The notes beneath the pieces are model-generated. The model was not told the DNA's origin. It saw nothing but the letters and a program-made list of their open reading frames with translations, and ran no database searches. From contig NW_002060949.1 in assembly GCF_000150275.1 (NCBI RefSeq), positions 2,167,836 to 2,231,835 of the forward strand: a stretch of DNA of 64,000 nt, in the 5' to 3' direction. Source of the DNA: Trichoplax adhaerens. Its lineage: Eukaryota; Animalia; Placozoa. The translations under genes were made by a program, and so were the position numbers. Shown one piece after another: positions 39,950 to 54,283 of this stretch. Each line of letters begins with the position of its first letter. Position 1 is the first letter of the stretch.

Positions 39950-40949
39950 TTAATGTTATCGATGTAAAATTTTGTAATGAAGGCTTACCAAAGTACAAAT
40001 TTAAGATACAATTTTAACGAACATTTAGCTTCAACTTCAATAAATACCTGAAGAATCTCAAAAAGCTTCTATTACAAATTTGTCAATACCAGCGTAATAT
40101 CATGGGCTGATATTTTAGCAAGTACAGTAGGTACAGGCATATTTTTGAAGACCAATACTTAGCCATGCTACGCGTGTGTGAATCTGTTTTAATCAGAACT
40201 GATCAGTTACTCATGAAATAATGGAGGTTGCTACTATACGGTCGATCCAATTCGTAGCTTCGCCAATTAATCCATAACAGATATTAGAGATACACAATTC
40301 TTTCCTAATATATATTTTTGAACTTCATTATCGTTTATATTTACTACAGTACAACTATTCAATAACGAGAATAGATCACTAACATTAGGAATTTCTTTCT
40401 ACCCTCACTGTGAAAATTATCAGCTTGCAGTAGTAGCTGTCAGTTATATTATACATATAGAAATAGCTAGCGTGCTCATACGATTTTCGTAAATTGTTAA
40501 TCATTAATTCTTAGGCATTGAAGCTACATTAACTTTTTCAAATTTTATTAATTAATTTAATTGCTTTAAAAGTTGATGGTGAAATTATATAAAATATTTC
40601 AAGTATATCAAAGTATTCAAAATCGCAATATTTACAGTACACCGTGTCCGAATTGGTAGTCACGGTAATGATGCGATCAGTTCACAGAATTGTATAACCA
40701 TTATCAACGCTAACAGATTCTCTTTTTAAAAGCAAAACGCATTTAACAAAATTTCAGTGCGGATTACACAGGTAGATAAATTACTGTATACAGAGGTAAC
40801 ATGGGAAGATATAGGATGCATATAAAAATGCGATAGCTATTCGTACCGGTATTGTAAAAACATTTGTTACGGCGCTAAATATCAAGAGTAAAAGAACAAA
40901 GATCTCTTGATTTCATATTTTACAAACATTACCAAACCATATTGAGTTT

Positions 40950-43900
40950 TTAGACAGCTGGCGTCTCCATTCCCTTTAACTGCATGAACGCAACTGTAGC
41001 CGGCTTCTTTTTGGAAATATTCTTTATATTGTAAGTGTTACCTATGCAAGATTCAGTATTGAAAAGTTTAAAAATCCTAGTTAAGTCTATATCAAATCAT
41101 GTAACTCAAATATCAACATTGAAATATTTATACCGACAATTACAAACAACTAACCTTCAGGTACAAAAAAGAAACTTCTTTCATTTAATATCGTCTTCTT
41201 TCGACCGATATCAACTGCTAGCTTTCCTTTTAAGATCACGAAGTACTGTAATAAAAGAAAAAGTAATTCATCATGTAATAACATTTGATCCTAAAGCTGA
41301 TGCCTACTTACTATATACACTATATACTTACCATACGATCTTTTCGAACAAACTGTGTTCCCTTTTCCTTTTCCGGTGCTATTTCTAAAAGGCCAATTGC
41401 TCCTCGATCATTCGTCCAAACCTTAGCCATCTTCAAAGGATCATTTTCAGTGGCTACCTCACCAGCAGGGTTTTTTAATGTTAGCATCGACTCGGTTGCT
41501 ACAACAGCTGTAAATGCAAATATCATACAATCGCCTTAATAAAGGTGAGAATGGAGGGGTATGCCCAGAACCTAAGGCGTTATTCAGTAAACTTCTTTCT
41601 GTAATTCTGTCAGGAAGTACATATAACTCACTTGTAAGCACTTCTTTACTTTGCGAAGAATTAAAAACCACACCCGATGGTGTTGCTGTGGTTTCATAAT
41701 CGTCTAAACTTTCAATCTGAAGAATAAAGGAAAGAGGTTAATTTGACCCATCTCTTAGTATAATAGTGAAAAATATTTAATATTAATATAACAGCAAATG
41801 TATTTTTGAATAGATCACCTCATCTTCGCTGGACTCTGTCTTGATATCACAGTCTATGAAAGAATGAGTTAAAAAAAAGCTGAGACATAATGACAAAATA
41901 TGACAAATTTTAACCTAACAAAAATATTGCTTAAAATAAGGCGAACCATATTCATCGGATAAGACTCCTCCTTCGCCCATTTTTCTTATTCCAACACCAT
42001 TATGGCGTATTTTCTTTGATACATGAGGGCTTATAACTCCTCCAATTTGTAGTCCTGCCAATGGTATAGCATTCGATGAGTTAGCATCAATTGTAACATA
42101 TTCTAACTGAAAATCAGACACATATTTATGCGTACTATCGTACCAGACGTATTAGCTTTATATTGAATCCTTTCGCCACGCCAGTATTCTAACGTGCGTA
42201 CTCTCTTGCGATTACTTCTACGAACACCAGGAGTTCTTTCATTTTTAGGTTCGACTAATGCATCGAATGAAAACGTTAGTAATTTTTCACACAGCATAGC
42301 AATGAGGAAAAGGTGCCAGGTAATAAATTACTTACTGATTTTTTGAGGCTTTATAAATACTTTTTTGGCTAAATCTAAAAGCAAGGCATCATAAATTGAT
42401 ATTTTAACCTACTGCAATACGATACACAAATTAAATTAATATAGTATCTAACCAAATGATTTCTTAGGCCCTGTCGAGATATGAGATGATCGATTAATGT
42501 TCTTCTTATCTAATTCTGATGATATTACAACAGACTCATTGGTAAATACACTCGAATTAGATAATGGTATGGCAAATTTATGTCGTTTGGCTTTTCTAGT
42601 ACTATCTTCTACATCTGGTGAAACTTCCACTGAACATTCCATATTATTTTCTTTCTCTGTAATACAGTATCAGTAATGATATTGATAAGCTCCATATTCA
42701 GCAATGTTTATATATCACGATTTTAGTATCAAATACGTAAATCATCTATCTCAATTCAAACTGTCTCATACAATGCATACCGTCGTCGATATTGTTATCT
42801 ACGGTAATTTCGGCAGTTGCAGCAGGGTGTACAGAAATATTGTTTTCGGCAATGTCCACATTAACAACTTCATCGTGTGTAATGTTGTCGCTAATATGCT
42901 CAATTTCTATACTTTCATTACTATTAACAGGTATTTCGTCTATAACATCGACTTCTTCAGTCATACTTTCGTTGCAAGGTCTATCTTCCTCAATTTCTAC
43001 AATAGGTGAAGGTGCTTCATTTGATAAAGTATTGTTCTGCCCATCCTCGTCACAAGAGGAAAAGCTAATATCATTATAAGTCCTTTAAAAAGGATTAAAT
43101 AAGAATTCCATTAGAATCTGCACAGGTTACATATAATACTACTGTACTTCAACCATAGCATTGAATGATCCATATTAGCGAGTACATCTCTCCGCGTAAC
43201 TAAATTTGAGTAAAATACAGGATTCGGATCTTTTTTCTATTTATTACTAGAACATTGCTACGAAATACTACAGTGCCAATAGGATATAAAGTATGCAGAG
43301 ATCGTGTATCATTACTAAATATTAGCTTAAGTAGCTAACCGTAAGCTTGTGAATTTGTCGTTGTCTTCAATTCCTACAGAAATACGTACAGATTGTCAGT
43401 AAGTACATGTATTAGTTCAAGGTGCATAGTCTTTAGAAATACTATAATTGTACAGTATACAGTAGTTTTACTCAGCTTTAAAAATTAAACTACATTTAAC
43501 AAATAGTTATATTTAATAGTTAATTTTAAGTATGGAATGTCTTTATGTACAGCAGTTGTAGAGTGTACACCATATAGTAGCACAGTAAAGAAATAATCGT
43601 AAAAAGATAATAATTTATAAGGCTTACTCTTCATAATATTCGTCGTTTTGGGCGTACTTTGAGCTCTACTATTCTTTTCATTATCGCGAGTAGGAGTAAC
43701 GGTGATATTATCTTCTATGAAATCGATATGGCTGTCACGTAATCCCGGGTCACTTTGATGCTTAGGAGTTGTTGTTAAATCAGGCAGTATTTGAGACTTC
43801 AATTTACTACTTTTAGGAGTTGCATTGGACAGGACTGAATCGTCTATTGAACTTTCTTGTACTTTATAGCAAAATCGTAAAGAATTAAAAATAGTAAGCG

Positions 43901-46101
43901 ATATACTAAGCTCCAATTCTTCATACATAGACATCAAGGATAAGGAACGATAGAATTGATTAAGAACTAGAGAACTGCTGGTGAGAAATTATGAATCAAT
44001 CATACGTATTATAGAATATTGAATGCATAAGTCACTAGATGTGAATTTTAAATTATGTTCCAGCTGCCTTATTCATACACGTATTATAATGTTAGATTTT
44101 AATCAACGAAGTAAAGATTTTTTATTACGACATGGCACATACTTGAATCCAAATAATCTTCGAAGAATTCAAAGCCAGCATCATCACGCCGGACTGCTTT
44201 TTTCAGACGTTTGGGTTGAGAGCTGATTAAATTAAGGTTATCATTTACTCAATCTCAATATTATTGTCCATATTCAGAATTCAGTGTATATTAATGCCCA
44301 AAAAAAGTAATTTCGAGCAAATTTCTAGTATGATACTGTGGAAATAAAACACGCATTAACATGATACAGATGAAGAAAACTTACTTAGCATTTAGCAATT
44401 TTCGCAATTTTTCTGGCAATCCTAATGATAAAGGGCCTACATGATCGAAACGTGACTAAAAAATAGTAATATACAAAATTAAGGATTTCTATATATAAAA
44501 TTCTATCTCTAACTTCAACTATGCCAAAGATCTGTAGAATCTATTGTATATTATGGTAAAGGATTACATCGTTTTACTTATTATTGTCAATAAGAATTCT
44601 TGATATCATTGATATAATAAGACTACAAGGGTTTGATACAGATATTGGGATATAATAATTGTAGATAAAATCTGCTACACAATGCCTTCTAGTGCTCTAT
44701 CAAAAAGCCTCTAATGCACGTCCCTGTAATACAGTATTGCAATTTCTTTCCATACAAATAATATATGCGTAGTCCAGAGCCTATTATTAGCATCTTTTCA
44801 GGTGCAATCGCAGGTACATCTAAAAGTCCATGGCAGTAGTTATGTACAGCCATAGACTATCTAGTAGCGCATGATAAAGCCTACGACGAATTCGATATTC
44901 TAATTATTCTTATTACGTCATGCCATCAGCAGTGTACGAGTACATGCTCAAGTCTAATGAGGATCAAACGAAATTACCTCATTAATAAACTACAGTATAT
45001 CTAATCAATCAGTCAATACGTCAAGTTGTAGTAAGTCTCATAAATGTTACTTTCAGATTAATTTCAATAATTCTATTTTGGAATCTCTATCCAACACTTC
45101 ACTTTGGAGATGGCGAAGGATATTAAGCTTCCGATCAATAGCTATGAGTGACTACTGTAATCAATGAGGGTGATGATAACATCTACATGTCAATCCTTCT
45201 GTAGCAAATCAAGTTCTTAAATTATCGCCGCTATTTTACTACCTGTACGAATACTAGTATATTCTACAGACTGATGTGAATACAGGATGATAGGACTATT
45301 AAATTATCGAAATCTGTCATCAAGAATGGTATATAATCATATTAAAATGATAGTAAACAAATATAAAATATCCTCTTCAAGTTCATTTATTCTATAGTAA
45401 ATATAGTCAATACAAGGAAAGTGAGGTATAATGATGACGTCGACCAGTGCAGTACGGTACAGTAGCATAGATGATTGCTGAATAGCAAAGAATTCTTGAA
45501 GGGCTCAACGTTACAAAAGAATGATGAAAGACCTCCAGAGTAAATTTGGATAAGTTTGTATCCAATTAATCTCAATCTCTGGAAGAGAAAATCTTCTCTA
45601 TGTTACTATTTCTATTTTAAAGTCGTCATTTCTTAAAAGTATCCGGATAGAGAAGTGAGCGGAAGCAGTTTAAGAGCACTGTTGTAACCGACAGGAAAAG
45701 TACACTACCGTACAGTTACTAAGTTTTGAGCCATGGAGAATACTATCGTCTAATCTACTTTCTATTTGAAATTGTACTTAGTGCAATGAAAACGAGATAT
45801 CATCGTCAATTTTTCTTATGGATTTAAAATGGAGTTCTTATTACTGCCTTTACTAAGATATTCAGCTTCAATGAAGGCAAGAGTCATCATCAAATAATTA
45901 TCAACAACAAGTATCTAGGCCTACAATAAGCACTAAGAAATACCATCCACTTGTCCAGCCTCTTATGGTGAAATTCAATTTGCCTCATTTTGATGATAAA
46001 TTAACCATCAAGAACTAGTTGAATTATTCTATTTTTTCTTGCAATCATTTATGTATTCCTCTTACCGGGCGACTACTTTGGCTTCGCTTTTTCTTGGGCA
46101 T
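40950..46101 (-). CDS. CENPC: Centromere protein C (CENP-C/Mif2), multi-exon
   Basis: CENP-C motif TPGVRRSNRKRVRTLEYWRGERIQY (~42160-42235); C-terminal cupin (GAIGLLEIAPEKEKGTQFV...YFVILKGKLAVDIG...SFFVPEGNTYNIKN...VAFMQLK, TAA 40950-40952); Mif2_N-like VRRDDAGFEFFEDYLD (~44143-44195). The start exon MPKKKRSQSSRP (ATG 46101) and the middle low-complexity exons are less certain. Confidence 0.88.
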
Positions 46102-47373
46102 AGCAATTGAATATTGAAAGTTTAAATGGTAGGAAATAAACTGTTGATTTTTTGAATCAAGGACATGAAGAATGATTTGATCAATCTTGAGACGAGGTGA
46201 GTGTGTATCCGAGTTTGACGCCTTGGTTTAGTCGATTTAGTCTACAGTATTACTATGATCGCAGAGGCTGTTTTCAGCGAACTTTGTACTATAGAACATT
46301 TTGTGACATCCATAGTATTGCATAGTGACCCATCACCCTGTAGCGACAAACTACAGTACGTCACCTGGACTCTCCTACAGTACTGTAGAGTACAGTGCAT
46401 TGTACTGGCGTAACCCAGCCATTCAACAATGGACTCCAGTACAAAGTAGTGTAGCCTACAGTATTTTTCAAACGGCTTTTTACCTAACTGTCAAAAGTGG
46501 AGAATGACAATGCAATACAATACAATTGTGAAATTTGAATTCTCTTCGGCGGCGTTTAGTTGGCTGACGTCGCTGGTGGTGGAACACACCATTGCACAAG
46601 TGAAGTCAGTAAATACAGTCACAGTATGCGCTTCAATCTAGCTGTGAAACAGCGACCAAGCCAATGAATCGAGCGTTAAAAAGGCAAACTACCCACATAC
46701 TGAATATTGTAAAGTGTTGTGATTAGTGTTAGAATGCGACTTATGATTACAGTAATTTTCTATTCTACCAAGCAAAATGATCTTCTCAATGATGAAATGT
46801 TGTAATCCTATTGGAGTTGATTTACAGTTCAACTTGTTTATAAACTATACTAGTGTCGTGTAGGCCAAGAATTTGGAAGAGCCGTGCAATTTTGCCTTTC
46901 ATCGTTTTCAATTTTGCTTTTTCTTTGTTGGAGGAAAGGGGATATACTGTACTGTAGCTACCAGTATACTGTAAATTCAATCAGAATTACTGCTTTCAAA
47001 TGGTGCGAAAAATTGGATCTTTTTTGGCTAATGAGTTTGCGCTTGATCCAAACTCAACGCTACACGTAGTAGTTTCAACAATTGCCATCATTCACTGTGT
47101 TACAAAAATTGCCCATGCCGGCATACGTGTAACACATGATCGTCCGTAGAGATAAAATAAAAAATATCAAGCATTAAAGTTTGCTTTTCACTTTTTCCCT
47201 ACACAATACCTTACAAGTACAGCATTATAACTATTATTATTGTACAGCGGTATACTGATCAGGATATCTACTGTATTCAGAGGCTCATTTTCTGAATGAT
47301 TGTGATAGAGATGCGAAATTTAGATTGGCCATGCAGTAGCCATTATACGTATATCGATTATAATTAGCAAAGA

Positions 47374-47779
47374 ATTTGCTATCTAATAACGAATAAACTA
47401 TCGCTTTATACGTTTATGTGACACATGAGAGATTAAAATCACATATTATTTCTCATACAGTACTGTAAACTTGGTCTATCGACATACAATAAAATAATGA
47501 ACAACATCAATTGCTATTCAGAATAGTTAATGAATCGACTTTATATTATTTGCTATCTATTAACGAATAAACTATCGCTTTATACGTTTATGTGACACAT
47601 GAGAGATTAAAATCACATATTATTTCTCATACAGTACTGTAAACTTGGTCTATCGACATACAATAAAATAGTGAACAACATCAATTGCTATTTAGAATAG
47701 TTAATGAATCGGCTTTATATAACATCTTTTTTTTACAACATCAATTGCTATTTAGAATAGTTAATGAATCGGCTTTATA
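47374..47779. repeat. Near-perfect tandem duplication 2 x 174 bp plus a partial ~45 bp third copy
   Basis: ATTTGCTATCTA(A/T)TAACGAATAAACTATCGCTTTATACG... at 47374 and 47548. ACAACATCAATTGCTATT(C/T)AGAATAGTTAATGAATCG occurs three times. Confidence 0.96.
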
Positions 47780-49737
47780 CTATTATATCAATATGATTAA
47801 GATTAATATATAATTAACTGTGAATTTAATCTACAGTCTGTAAATAGAACTATAATAATCATGAATCCTTATACGGAATACAGTAGGTTTATTATCGCAC
47901 AATTCAGTTTAGTCACTATAAATACAACTTGATAAGCCTTTAAATTGCGTACAGTATATACTCTACAAGCAGTAGTGAGAGATTATCCTTCGATGCCTGT
48001 TACAAATAATAATAAAAAACGATTTTCATAATGCTCACATTCATTACTCTACCGTAGCAATATCATCTTGAAAAGACGTATAACCTAAATCCTTGATAAT
48101 GCTACGATAACGTAACAAAATTTCAATCTAGATAATCAACAACTAACGAACCATTTATATCTGAGGCATTTTTATGACAGGATATAAGATTTTCTTAAAT
48201 GAAATCAGATTAACTTTTAATTATGAATGCTTTTAGCGCGTTGCTGTGTCCGGTATACTGTACATCTAGGTTTGATATACGCGTAATGAATGTTTTCGAT
48301 GCAGCAAGCTGCCGATGGTAAAGTGCTTATCTATCTATCTGATCATTGTCTTCGATATCTACTACTGGGTCGTTCTTTTAGATATTTAAAGGATTTCCAC
48401 CAACGCATATACTCGTATATTTTACTCAATGGTGATCATTACAGTTTTGTCGATTAATGAAATGCACTTGTTTATTTCCTATAAGAATTCCTTTAGCTTA
48501 GAATTTGTTGCTATAAACAAAATTTGATTTATTTACTAAGTTGTCATAATGTTAGTAAATAAAAAATTAACATGAATCATTCATTATACAGTATTAATAA
48601 ATATCGAACGTAATTGAATCATTTTAAGGTAGTGCACATGGGCAACAAATGCAAGTTCCAAAGCAGCTGACTACCTAACACTAATGTTTCGAAAGCTTAC
48701 ACAGTACTGTATAGTGTACAGTATGGAATTCTACATATTAAACGACTGAATTCGATATCAAGTACAGTGTAAAACCAAACGTCTGCTAATTTGTTTCTAT
48801 ATGAAAGGAATCAATAAAATTTTAGGACTGCAATATTCACAGAAAGCATATCATTTTCCCAGTAATTCTAATTATTGTACTATACAATGCAGTCATATTA
48901 ATACTGCAATAAAGTCTATATTATTAACGAGCAAGTTCGCATTGAACAATTTGGCATTCCGATGAAATTACACAGCACGTAAGCATATGCCCTTTAAGTT
49001 AGGCATTGCAGTGTACTGTGGACCCGCGTTAGTAATTCACTATGGACTTTAAAGGCAAACCATATAACCTTTGATTGAATGCATATATATAAAAAAAGCG
49101 TAAAATTGTTAACGTCTACAGTAGTAATCAAATTTGGAAAGAGTAATGACAATTTGAAATGTAAAAAATGGTTTCATTACTTTTAGTGCAAGCTGTGGAT
49201 ATCATCTTTCTCACAGTGTTAAACTTGTAATATAGACCCTGTTATTTCATGGACATTTCGATGTACACTCGCACCGTTTCATTCTTAAATGTTTGCTACT
49301 TTTAGAGAGTCAGGTAAACACAGAAATTACAAATTTATATCAAATTCTTGAATTTCAGCAACTTTGCTCAATGCTATTTTGCCAGTGTGGCAATATAGCT
49401 TATACCGATCCACAGTCTACAGTACATACAGTACAGTAACATACGGTGCACTATACTTACTACTGTATACTGTACTGTAAAAATACGGTACTTGAGATAC
49501 CCAATGGGATTCTGTCACTACAGCATCAGGATTACGTTACTGCACACTGAGTGTAGACAGAGTAACTGCAGCTGTGGAAAGGATTTGAACAAAATTGACA
49601 CTGTTATTAATAGAGTCTACCAGCTTATCGTACAGCTAAAACCACATCCAAGTTCAAATCGAATTTATTATTTACTGTAGTGTATAGCTACAATTGATAG
49701 AGAACTCTGAATTCTAAGCTTATGCCATAGAATCGTT

Positions 49738-52700
49738 ATGACTTCTGATACAGAATTATGCAAAGACCGAGATAACTTTCCTCCATTAAAGAATGACCTC
49801 ATCTTAAGAGCTGCTCGTGGCGAGTATACAGAAATGATCCCGGTATGGGCAATGAGGCAGGCTGGCCGCTATTTACCAGGTATACACTACATAATAATGA
49901 ATTTACTGCAATAAAATTGCAAAATTACCATCTTGAAATTGACTTTGTGCAGTTGACCAGAGTATAAAATGTCCGGCAAGCTTAAAATATTATACTGTTG
50001 ACTAGTGAGTGATGTTAAACTTTGTAAAATTAGAATGAAACGCCGCTGGAACGATTGATGAAATTCAATGAAATCAATTTATTAGTGCGATAATGTCTCT
50101 AGTGTAGGCTTTAAAGCAGGATCTGTTTTTCTTCTGATATCATGTACTGTAGTCTTCCAGAGCACTTTTAGCCATAAGGTAAAACGGTTTCGTGTGTTGG
50201 GGCACAAACTAACTTCCAAATGTAGATTCTTCATGGGAGCATCACTACTGTACATTCCGGATTTACATGATGTATCATTTTTAAAGGATAATAATCGTAT
50301 TTTGTCTCATTTTAGAATTTAGGGAGGTTAGGAGCAAGCATGAATTCTTCACCTTATGTAGAACTCCATCCTTGGCTTGCGAAGTTACACTGCAGGTAGA
50401 CCCTATTGCTAATTTCATTAGCTTGCTTACACTTTGGCCATGAGCTACTTATAACAGCATCCCTGGATAATTACGTATAATCGCACCTATAGTTAATAAA
50501 GAATCGAAAGTAGCCCAGTTATATCGTGCTACACATTCTCTTGAACTCTCTTGCCTATTTACCCTTGAAATGTTAAGTTTGCAGAGAAGAGCTTTTATTA
50601 ATCATTATGCCATAATGTTCAGATTAGATATTCAAGATCGTTGTAAACTTGTCTACATGTACTGTAAACTGATCTGACTGTTATCAGGTTGTACTCCCTT
50701 CCTACGGTTCAGCTGGAATGCGAAAGAAGCCAAACACATTTGTGAACTAAACTTACCCAAGGCAAAAAGCACGATATTATGGATAAGTCACCAATGACGG
50801 TGAACTACAGGCTGCGGCATAAATATTATTTACCAATTACGACGGGCTTTGAATCAAACAAACTTCCTATTTGGTTATTTGTATTTATAGGCCTCAATTG
50901 ATCTACGTAAATCTCTCAGTGTCAAGTTATTACAACTGTAGCCATAGATTGTAAATTGCATATTTTTCTTCAATTATGCAATTAGCTACCATCATTGAAG
51001 TACCGCTGTTTATTAAATCCTATACGTGAATATCAGCCGATTAATACTCTACTTTAGCAGACGTGAGATCATCAAAATATTTTGTATGCTAATTGATGCT
51101 GTAGTATACGCTTACATTATGAAGTTGACCGACACATCACGGGCCAAAGTTTACCTAGTAGCTCCTTACATAAAGTATTTTAATTTTCGATGACAGTAGT
51201 ATCTCATCACATAATAATTATGCACTTGTGTATCGCTAAAGATACTCATTGTATGAGATATGCTTTCATTTACATAAACATAGACCTAGATATCAAAGAT
51301 GATCTAATTACTGAGATATAAAAATTTTATTAGCCAATTAGACGATTTAATTTGGATGCTTCTATTATCTTTTCGGACATTCTGGTTATACCTCAGGTAA
51401 TTAATACCTTTAATTTCGTGAAATATTATATCACGGTTTAGCTAAAACAAATGATACACCATGTTACATATGATGTATACTACTATAATGAGACCTTAAT
51501 TAATTAACTTTTTTTCCTTCATTCAATAATACAGGCTCTGGGAATGGATGTGGAAATGATTCCAGGCAAGGTGACAAACTAAAAAATAAATTTAAAACTT
51601 CAATTATAACAACCTGTGTTTACAGTAATTATATAACAAGATTTTCGTTATAATTCTGAGTGCTGTTACATTTTACAGGGTCCTACTTTTATCAGGCCAT
51701 TAGAGCATCCCAAAGATCTGAAGGTATCCAAGACAACTGTACTATGGATTAATAACTACTGATTTAATACTGAATTAACTGTAACCGTTGTAATATGTTC
51801 TACGCAGGAATTGGAGCACGATGTTGATGTAGATGATAAGCTTGGCTACGTATATGATGCTATCACGCTAACAAGACATAAACTCGAAGGTCGAGTACCT
51901 CTGATTGGATTTGCTGGAGGACCAGTAAGAAATCTTGTATACTCTACTTGCAATATTTCTATACTCCTACACGAGTGTGTTAAAACAATACCTTATTTAT
52001 AGTGGACTTTAATGGCATACATGATCGAAGGAGGCGGAAGCCAAACCATGTCGAAGGCAAAACAGTGGCTTTATCGATATGAAGATGAAAGTCATCAACT
52101 CCTTCGATTGCTTGTCGACATCACCGTCAAATTTTTAGTTGGTCAGGTTAAAGCTGGAGCGCAGGTGAAAAATTTAACAAAACTAACATCCGAAGAACTT
52201 GTTAGGGAATACTGCATAAATAACGCTATCGTTTACCTATCTTTATACTGATTTAAAGTTTCTCTTTATTAAAGCTTCTTCAAGTATTCGAATCCCATGC
52301 GGGATACCTTGGGAGAGATTTATTTAATAAATATTCTTTGCAGTATTTGCGCGATATCTGTAAAAACGTTAAGAGGGAACTCGTTGATGCTAAAATAGAT
52401 CCTGTGCCCATGGTATTTCAATTTTACAAACGCCTGATTGGGTTTGTAGCAATGAAAAGTTAAAATATCTGTTTATCAATCTTACAGATTGTATTTGCGC
52501 GAGGAGCCCATTATGCCTTACAAGAATTAGCTAGTACTGATTATGATGTGATTAGTGTCGATTGGACTATTGATCCAAAGGAAGCAAGGTAATTGCACAG
52601 TCTATCCGTTCCATAGTACATATGTTACTTCATAATGCAGCTAGAGAGGTGCTATATTCTAGTGTCGTCCAACCAGCTACTCGCTATAGTAAATTTTTCG

Positions 52701-53225
52701 TCTATGATGGGAGAGACTGTTAGGGCATAAAATTTCATTTAAAAATCTTTCTACATAATATAATATTGTTATAAGGTAAAAGTGAATTATTGTACTGTAT
52801 ATTTATCCGCACAGATATCGAGGTGATGTTTATAGCCAATTAATTATCGGTTAATTTAAATTCAGCATAGTCAATAAGATGCTATCAATCTACAGAGCTA
52901 ATTGCTATTTCATTTCCAGAAATAAAATTGGCGGACAATCGACAATTCAGGGCAACCTTGATCCTTGTGCATTGTATGCTAATAAGGCAAGTAACTTTTA
53001 GTGACGTATCTCTGGTAACTCAATGGCACAATTGGTATCTAATTCTTCGAATTATCCTTTTAGGTTGAACTAGAAAAGCTCATAGGGAAAATGATAGCAG
53101 AGTTTGGTACACAACGCTATATTGCCAATTTGGGGCACGGCATATATCCAAACGTTGAGCCATCACAGCTGGACTGTTTTGTAGAATGTGTGCATGCATA
53201 CTCTAAAAATCTTAATGCTACCTGA
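49738..53225 (+). CDS. UROD: Uroporphyrinogen decarboxylase, copy 2 (11 coding exons, last intron GC-AG)
   Basis: [67 protein letters not shown]. Intron positions match copy 1; TGA at 53223-53225. Confidence 0.95.
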
Positions 53226-54283
53226 GTTATCGTTTTAATGAACAAAGTTTTTATTTTTTTAATCGTATCCTCCGATACCGGTAGTAATTAAAATTAGATG
53301 ATTTAAAGACAGTTATACACGTTCCACTAAGCGTAACTTAATGATAAACAGACCTATACTCATATTATAGAACTTGCGATATGTAACTGAAATTAAGTTC
53401 TTATGTCAATGAAAGACGTTGTACGATGTATATTCGTTCTGCTTAATGTCAGCTATCTATGCACAATACGAAATAAGAATAACCCATGTTATAATAAAAA
53501 CTATTATACTGTACAGTAATTATTGGCATAAATGTAATTTTAGAAATTACTTTGTCTAGTGCATCCATTTTACGTAACGCCACACCATAACTATAAATTA
53601 CTGTACTGTATTATTGAATATTCGAGGATCTGATCGCAGAGTTCAAGCTTAATAACTACTGGCTTTACTATAGACTGAGTACGGTTAATATGCAGTGTTG
53701 TAGACGTAAACGATGTCCAACAGCTTATACCGAACTAGATACTGGAGTACAGTATATTACATCGTGACCGTTAGTATGTACTACTAGTACTGTATATTGT
53801 CATGGTAAAGTCTAATTTCGGAAACTTATCTAAGGTGATTAATATAACATCACCAAGTTCACTCGGGACTACGGACACTCTTTACATCTAAGAATAGTCC
53901 TTGGTGCTATACTATACATGCAATGCACTTGTTTAGGATCTCAATTACACTTTTAGTCAAAATAAAATACACAATGTGTTAAATAATTCGAAACCAGTCT
54001 GAAGTTGAGAATATTTACTTCGTAGATCATAAAGTACTAGAATACGATATACGAGGATTAACGTTCAATGTTGAAGATTCGAATACAACTTCTAAAGTTT
54101 ATACAGTATTCCGTAGCAAGTCGATAAGATATCGCAATACAATACTAATGTAATCGCCATTACAGTCAATCTTCAATGCTACGTGGCAATCATCTACAGT
54201 ACTTCGAGCACTGGAGCAAAGAGAGCACATCTCACAAATAAACAATGTACAAGGTTTCGGATAAATTTTCTTTATAAATTTAT

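Noticed and set aside
45050-45145. Exon-like minus-strand segment inside CENPC intron 1
   Set aside because: It has a stop in the phase needed to join exon 1, and the flanking exons join in frame without it.
51724-51807. Possible U12-type intron in UROD copy 2 (GTATCC donor)
   Set aside because: The donor is GTATCCAA rather than GTATCCTT, there is no clear TCCTTAAC branch site, and the paralogous intron starts GTTTTT.
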